Made by a program: the position numbers and the translations under genes. This document shows, in pieces, positions 27,351 to 31,824 of a stretch of 31,824 nt of DNA (position 1 is the stretch's first letter; every line of letters starts with the position of its first letter). The stretch is from Candidatus Brocadiales bacterium (GTDB taxonomy: Bacteria > Planctomycetota > Brocadiia > Brocadiales > Bathyanammoxibiaceae): positions 1 through 31,824 of the forward strand of contig JAUQZZ010000003.1 in assembly GCA_030586765.1 (NCBI GenBank), written 5' to 3'. The notes below the pieces were generated by a model. The model was not told the origin of the DNA, searched no databases, and saw only the letters and a program-made list of their open reading frames with translations.

Positions 27351-27441
27351 GCGGCCCTGGAAAGGCGCTAGACCTGCATATGGCACGGGGCCGCCTATCC
27401 ATTTTCTACTCTTGATGTTATAATAAAAAGGTCTTGTCACC

Positions 27442-28200
27442 TTGAGACTGAAAAATAAAGTGGCCCTCATTAGCGGTGGTGGGACGGGGATAGGTAAGGC
27501 CACCGCCTTACTTTTTTCAAGAGAGGGGGCGAAGGTTGCCATATCAGGTAGGAGAAAAGAGCCCCTGGAAGAAACCGTCTCCGAGATTAATACCTCAGGC
27601 GGAAAGGCTGTCCTTATCCAGGGAGATGTCTCCGTGGTAAAGGAAGCCAAGGCCATGGTAGATAAATCGGTGAAGGCCTTTGGCAGACTGGATATCCTGG
27701 TTAATAATGCCGGTGTGGATTATAAACCTGGCAACATCCCAGAGACAGAGGAAGAAGAATGGGATGTTACAATGGATATCAACGTAAAGGGAGTATACCT
27801 CCTGAGCAAGTTTGCTGTACCCGAGCTGGAAAAGACCAGGGGGAACATCATAAATATCTCCTCCGTTATAGGTATGGTGGGTTGTCCTGGTGCCATAGCC
27901 TATACCACCTCTAAGGGTGCGGTGTTGAATCTTACCAGGAGTATGGCCATAGACCTGGCACCAAGGATTCGTGTGAATTGTATCTGCCCGGGTATTGTAG
28001 ATACCCCCATGGCCAGGAGGTGGATAGGGAGGGCAAAAGAACCTGAGGCCCTTCTGCGGAAGGTCCTCGAGGACTATCCCCTGGGAAGGATGGGCCAGCC
28101 CGAGGACATAGCCTACGCAGCCCTATACTTTGCCTCTGAGGAGGCAGGCTGGGTTACAGGGGCTGTCCTGCCAGTGGATGGTGGGTTTACAGCGGGATAG
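27442..28200 (+). CDS. SDR-family NAD(P)-dependent oxidoreductase (FabG-like)
   Basis: 252 aa, TTG start; ISGGGTGIGKATALLF, NNAGVDYKPGN, YTTSKGAVLNLTRSMAIDLA, PVDGGFTAG. Confidence 0.9.
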   Translation: MRLKNKVALISGGGTGIGKATALLFSREGAKVAISGRRKEPLEETVSEINTSGGKAVLIQGDVSVVKEAKAMVDKSVKAFGRLDILVNNAGVDYKPGNIPETEEEEWDVTMDINVKGVYLLSKFAVPELEKTRGNIINISSVIGMVGCPGAIAYTTSKGAVLNLTRSMAIDLAPRIRVNCICPGIVDTPMARRWIGRAKEPEALLRKVLEDYPLGRMGQPEDIAYAALYFASEEAGWVTGAVLPVDGGFTAG

Positions 28201-28207
28201 AGGAGAC

Positions 28208-28852
28208 ATGTTTACAGGTATAATTGAGACGATGGGCAAGGTAGCCGAGGTTAGCAGGGCAAGCCAGGGGGGTAGGTTATGGGTACATGTGGGCCCCCTG
28301 GCAAAAGAGCTGAGGGTAGGGGATAGCCTATCCATTGACGGGGTTTGCCTCACAGTGGTGGCTGTTAAGGGCGACGTGGTAAACTTCGATGTCTCCCAGG
28401 AGACCTTTAAACGCTCTACCCTGGGCGAACTAAGGCCAGGCGATAAGGTAAATATTGAAAGGGCCCTCAGGGTAGGTGACCGCCTGGGAGGACACTTCGT
28501 CCAGGGCCACGTGGACGGCACAGCCGCCATTAAGAAAAAGGAGGAAGGCCAGGGACAGTGCACCATGTGGTTTTCTGTAGGAAAGGAACTCTCTCAGAAC
28601 ATGTTGGAGAAGGGTTCTGTGGCTGTGGATGGGGTAAGTCTGACTGTAGTGGATATAGCCCCTTCAGTCTTCTCGGTGGTACTGATCCCCCACACCCTGA
28701 CAAATACAACCCTTGGCCTGAAAAAGATAGGCGATAGGGTGAACGTAGAGACAGACATCCTGGGCAAGTGGGTGAGAAGGCTCCAGGCCGCATGGACAGG
28801 TAGGGAAGAGGGACTTACCAAAGAGGTGCTCAGGGCCAAGGGCTTCGAATAA
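28208..28852 (+). CDS. ribE: Riboflavin synthase alpha subunit
   Basis: Start reassigned to MFTGIIETMGKVAEV (AGGAG RBS); two lumazine-binding repeats, SLSIDGVCLTVV and SVAVDGVSLTVV. Confidence 0.95.
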   Translation: MFTGIIETMGKVAEVSRASQGGRLWVHVGPLAKELRVGDSLSIDGVCLTVVAVKGDVVNFDVSQETFKRSTLGELRPGDKVNIERALRVGDRLGGHFVQGHVDGTAAIKKKEEGQGQCTMWFSVGKELSQNMLEKGSVAVDGVSLTVVDIAPSVFSVVLIPHTLTNTTLGLKKIGDRVNVETDILGKWVRRLQAAWTGREEGLTKEVLRAKGFE

Positions 28853-28853
28853 T

Positions 28854-29846
28854 ATGGAGAAGGTTAGCAGAAAGATAATAGGTATCACCATGGGCGACCC
28901 CTGCGGCATAGGGCCAGAGGTAGTGTTAAAGGCTATGGCCTCTAAAGAACTTTCTCACGAGGGCCCCTTGCTAATAATCGGTTCGGAGGCTGTGCTTCGG
29001 GAGACGGCTAAGGGTCTGAAGCTACCTCTTGAGCCCGAGGGCAGAGACGTAGAGGTCCTTGACCTGGATAACTTTGACCTGGAAGGGCTGGGCTTAAGGG
29101 CCCCCAGCAAAGAAGCTGGTAAGGCCTCCATCGAATACATCTTCAGGGGGATAGACCTGGCCCTCAGAGGGGATATAGGGGCCCTTGTGACGGCTCCCAT
29201 AAGCAAGGAGGCCATCCGCATGGCGGGTTACCCTTACTCAGGGCATACCTCCATCTTGAAAGAGCTCACAGGTGCTCCCAGGGCAGTTATGATGATGCTT
29301 GGAGGTAATCTCCGTGTCTCCTTTGTCACTATCCACATACCTTTAAAAGAAGTCCCAGCGCTAATTAACACGGAGGACATACTTTCTGCTATAAGAATCA
29401 CCACCCGTGGCCTTAGGGAACTTTTCTCCATTTCTGAGCCCAGGCTGGTAGTCTGCGCCCTTAATCCCCACGCAGGAGAAGGGGGCTTGATGGGTTCTGA
29501 GGAGGAAGAGATAGTTCTGCCTGCTGTAATGCAAGCACAGGAGGAGGAAATTAACTGTGTGGGACCTATGGCCTCGGATGTGGCCTTTTATAAGGCCTCC
29601 CAGGGGGAGTTCGATGCAGTAGTATCTCTCTATCATGACCAGGGCACCATTCCCATAAAACTTCTTGCCTTCCAGAGGGGTGTCAATCTTACCCTTGGTA
29701 TTTCCATAGTGCGAACCTCTCCCACCCACGGTACGGCCTTTGATATTGCAGGGAAGGGTATAGCAGACCCAGGCTCCATGCTAGAGGCAATTAAGGTGGC
29801 GGGTCACCTCTCAAGACTTGGTAGGCCTTTGGTGGCCTACTACTAA
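28854..29846 (+). CDS. pdxA: 4-hydroxythreonine-4-phosphate dehydrogenase
   Basis: 330 aa; GITMGDPCGIGPEVVLKAM, GYSGHTSILKELTGA, SLYHDQGTIPIKLLAF, TSPTHGTAFDIAGKGIADPGSM. Confidence 0.96.
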   Translation: MEKVSRKIIGITMGDPCGIGPEVVLKAMASKELSHEGPLLIIGSEAVLRETAKGLKLPLEPEGRDVEVLDLDNFDLEGLGLRAPSKEAGKASIEYIFRGIDLALRGDIGALVTAPISKEAIRMAGYPYSGHTSILKELTGAPRAVMMMLGGNLRVSFVTIHIPLKEVPALINTEDILSAIRITTRGLRELFSISEPRLVVCALNPHAGEGGLMGSEEEEIVLPAVMQAQEEEINCVGPMASDVAFYKASQGEFDAVVSLYHDQGTIPIKLLAFQRGVNLTLGISIVRTSPTHGTAFDIAGKGIADPGSMLEAIKVAGHLSRLGRPLVAYY

Positions 29847-29885
29847 GGCGTTAAGGGCCTTCCTGAACCTAAAGGTGGATGGCAC

Positions 29886-30800
29886 ATGACCGTAGCACCC
29901 ATTCCCCTTACACCATCGGCACTAAGGGCCGCCTTTCAAGAAAGGGGCATCATCCCAAAGAAAGGGCTAGGTCAGAATTTCCTTATAGACCAGAATATTC
30001 TCCACGTGATAGTGGAGGCCGCAGGGCTGGAAAAATCTGACCTAGTACTGGAGATAGGTACTGGGGTGGGTTCCCTAACCATGTTTCTAGCTGAGAAGGT
30101 CTATAAGGTCCTTTCTGTAGAGATAGACACAAGGCTTTTTAATTATGCTAAGGCGGGCCTGACGTCCTATGCGAATATCTATCTGCTAAACAGGGATATC
30201 CTCAGGTCCAAGACCACCATTGACCAGCAGGTGGAAGACCAGCTTAAGGACTGGCTCCAGGAAGGGGGCTTGAGGCTGAAGGTAGTAGCCAATCTGCCCT
30301 ATCACATCAGCACCCCTGTGATAATAGCCCTCCTGGAGGGGAATCTGCCTATAGAGCTAATGGTTCTTACTCTACAAAGGGACATCGTGGACAGGCTGAT
30401 GGCTAGTCCAGGCACCAAGGACTACGGTATCCTCTCCGTGGTGGCTCGTGTCTTTTCTGAGATAGAGGTGCTGAGGACCCTTCCTCCTGAGGTATTTTGG
30501 CCTGAGCCTCAGGTGGAATCTGCAATAGTAAGACTTCACGTAAGAAAGGAGGAGGCCTGTAGGAAGATATCCAACTACGGTCTTTTCAGCAGGCTTGTAA
30601 GGGGGGTGTTTCAAACCAGGAGAAAGATCCTCCTTAACAGCCTTCTTATGCTGGGCATACCCTCCTTGAGCAAGGAGGCTGCACTAGAGATGCTCAGGAG
30701 GTTGGACGTCCACCCCCAGGCAAGGGGGGAGGCATTGCCCTTAGAAGGGTTTATTGCCCTGGCTAAAGAACTAGAACTCTTTGGGAAAGAGGAGGGGTAA
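29886..30800 (+). CDS. rsmA: 16S rRNA dimethyladenosine transferase
   Basis: 304 aa; KKGLGQNFLIDQNILHVIVEAA, VLEIGTGVGSLT, VVANLPYHISTPVI. Confidence 0.95.
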   Translation: MTVAPIPLTPSALRAAFQERGIIPKKGLGQNFLIDQNILHVIVEAAGLEKSDLVLEIGTGVGSLTMFLAEKVYKVLSVEIDTRLFNYAKAGLTSYANIYLLNRDILRSKTTIDQQVEDQLKDWLQEGGLRLKVVANLPYHISTPVIIALLEGNLPIELMVLTLQRDIVDRLMASPGTKDYGILSVVARVFSEIEVLRTLPPEVFWPEPQVESAIVRLHVRKEEACRKISNYGLFSRLVRGVFQTRRKILLNSLLMLGIPSLSKEAALEMLRRLDVHPQARGEALPLEGFIALAKELELFGKEEG

Positions 30801-30802
30801 CT

Positions 30803-31294
30803 ATGGAAGTAAGAGAAACGGACCTTCCAGCCATAGGTAAGAAGTTTACCATAGAGACGGAATCAGGCGAGACGGTAGTGGTAGTGGTTCATCATACTGG
30901 TGAGAGGGAGGTGTATCGCTTTACTGAGAAGGAGAAAGAGGAACCTGCCTCAGTAACCAATCTCACAGAGGAAGAGGCAAGGACCATCGGTTCCATCCTG
31001 GCTGGGACATATTTCCAGCCTGTGCCAGAAAAGTCCATGGAGTTAGTGATGAAGGAGATGGCCATGGAGTGGATAAAGGTAGAACCCCACTCCAAACTGG
31101 CCAATAAGACCATAGGAGAGCTAGCTATAAGGAAAAAGACAGGGGTATCCGTTATCTCTATCTTGAGGGAAGGCAAGGCCATTCCCAATCCCCTACCTTC
31201 AGAAAGGATACACGAAGGAGATACCCTTATAGTGGTAGGCAACAGTGGACAGATAAGTAAATTTCTGAGCTTTATCGGCAAGCCCAGGGAATAG
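30803..31294 (+). CDS. KhtT-like antiporter regulatory subunit with TrkA-C domain
   Basis: 163 aa; ETDLPAIGKKFTIETESGETVVVVVHHTGEREVYRF, EARTIGSILAGTYFQPVP, RKKTGVSVISILREGKAIPNPLPSERIHEGDTLIVVG. Confidence 0.87.
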   Translation: MEVRETDLPAIGKKFTIETESGETVVVVVHHTGEREVYRFTEKEKEEPASVTNLTEEEARTIGSILAGTYFQPVPEKSMELVMKEMAMEWIKVEPHSKLANKTIGELAIRKKTGVSVISILREGKAIPNPLPSERIHEGDTLIVVGNSGQISKFLSFIGKPRE

Positions 31295-31296
31295 AG

Positions 31297-31824
31297 ATGG
31301 ATGTACACACTATAATCTTTGAGATGGGCATTACCTGCTTTATCCTCTTCTTAAGCGGGTTACTGGCCAGTAAGATGCGCCTCTCCCTTATCCCCCTCTA
31401 TATCCTGGCGGGCCTTGTCCTGGCAAGGGTTGTCAGGCCTAACATGGTCTTAGAATTTATGGCCGAGATAGGCGTAATTCTCCTCCTCTTTGTTATAGGG
31501 CTAGAATTCTCCTTTGGGAGTTTCATAAAGAATAAAGAAAGGTTTCTTGCAGGCGGCTTCCTTGACTTAGTATTTAACCTTCCTTTAGGATTTCTGGCGG
31601 GTCAGGCCCTAGGCCTGGATATTATTACCTCCCTCTTTCTGGCAGGGATAGTGTATATAAGCAGTTCTGCAATAATAGGCAAAAGTATTGTGGACCTGGA
31701 CAGGGCAGCCTTCCCTGAGACGGAGTACCTCTTAGGCATCCTGGTCTTTGAAGACATATTTATGGCCCTTTATCTAGCGGCCCTTTCAGGGATAGTTACC
31801 CTTGGCAAGCCAGACGTGCTTCAT
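31297..31824 (+). CDS. Cation:proton antiporter, CPA2/KhtU-like (C-terminus truncated by window edge)
   Basis: Read directly; MDVHTIIFEMGITCFILFLSGLLASKMRLSLIPLYILAGLVLA...FMAEIGVILLLFVIGLEFSF...YISSSAIIGKSIVDL. Open through the window end and adjacent to the khtT-like gene. Confidence 0.88.
   Translation, partial: MDVHTIIFEMGITCFILFLSGLLASKMRLSLIPLYILAGLVLARVVRPNMVLEFMAEIGVILLLFVIGLEFSFGSFIKNKERFLAGGFLDLVFNLPLGFLAGQALGLDIITSLFLAGIVYISSSAIIGKSIVDLDRAAFPETEYLLGILVFEDIFMALYLAALSGIVTLGKPDVLH

Noticed and set aside
27297-27656. 119-aa minus-strand ORF spanning the psd-SDR gap, containing GRIRLRRICL
   Set aside because: Translation across the hairpin element and antisense to the SDR nucleotide-binding region; not a credible protein.
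1-31824. CRISPR arrays, tRNA/rRNA genes, transposases, integrases, toxin-antitoxin or phage genes
   Set aside because: No regularly spaced repeats, cloverleaf-like intergenic stretches, or mobile-element protein motifs were seen; intergenic space is scarce and coding is core metabolic. Structured RNA in short gaps cannot be fully excluded without tRNAscan-SE/Infernal.

Overview
The window is a densely coded bacterial chromosome segment with no CRISPR array, tRNA, rRNA or recognisable mobile element. The organism is probably a diderm anaerobe: lpxD is present, and a V-type ATP synthase sits beside a MetF/MetV module. Blocks in order: (1) a minus-strand HtrA-like protease running off the left edge. 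It is absent from the supplied ORF track and was read directly from the sequence. (2) A complete nine-gene V-type ATP synthase operon (minus, order H-I-K-E-C-F-A-B-D), preceded by a thiamine-binding (DUF77/MTH1187-like) gene. (3) A minus-strand C1 redox cluster: metF, metV, and a 683-aa fusion of a GltD/NfnB-like flavoprotein, a 2x[4Fe-4S] ferredoxin and an MvhD-like domain, with an 84-aa membrane protein upstream. (4) nadB alone on the plus strand. (5) The lipid synthesis operon rpmF-plsX-fabH-fabD-fabG-acpP-fabF (minus), with a DUF2284 protein upstream. (6) lpxD (plus), class V FBP aldolase/phosphatase (minus) and an MBL hydrolase (plus). (7) A plus-strand run: Cys-rich YkgJ-like protein, psd, SDR, ribE, pdxA, rsmA, khtT-like and khtU-like (truncated). 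The best candidate for an under-described system is the MetF-MetV-(GltD/Fd/MvhD fusion) cluster, in which one polypeptide may replace separate HdrA/MvhD subunits and no HdrBC is encoded nearby. The V-ATPase K subunit carries the Na+-ligand signature. Several sigma70-like promoters and inverted repeats were found by eye. All assignments are motif recognition from sequence; no database or structural search was run.
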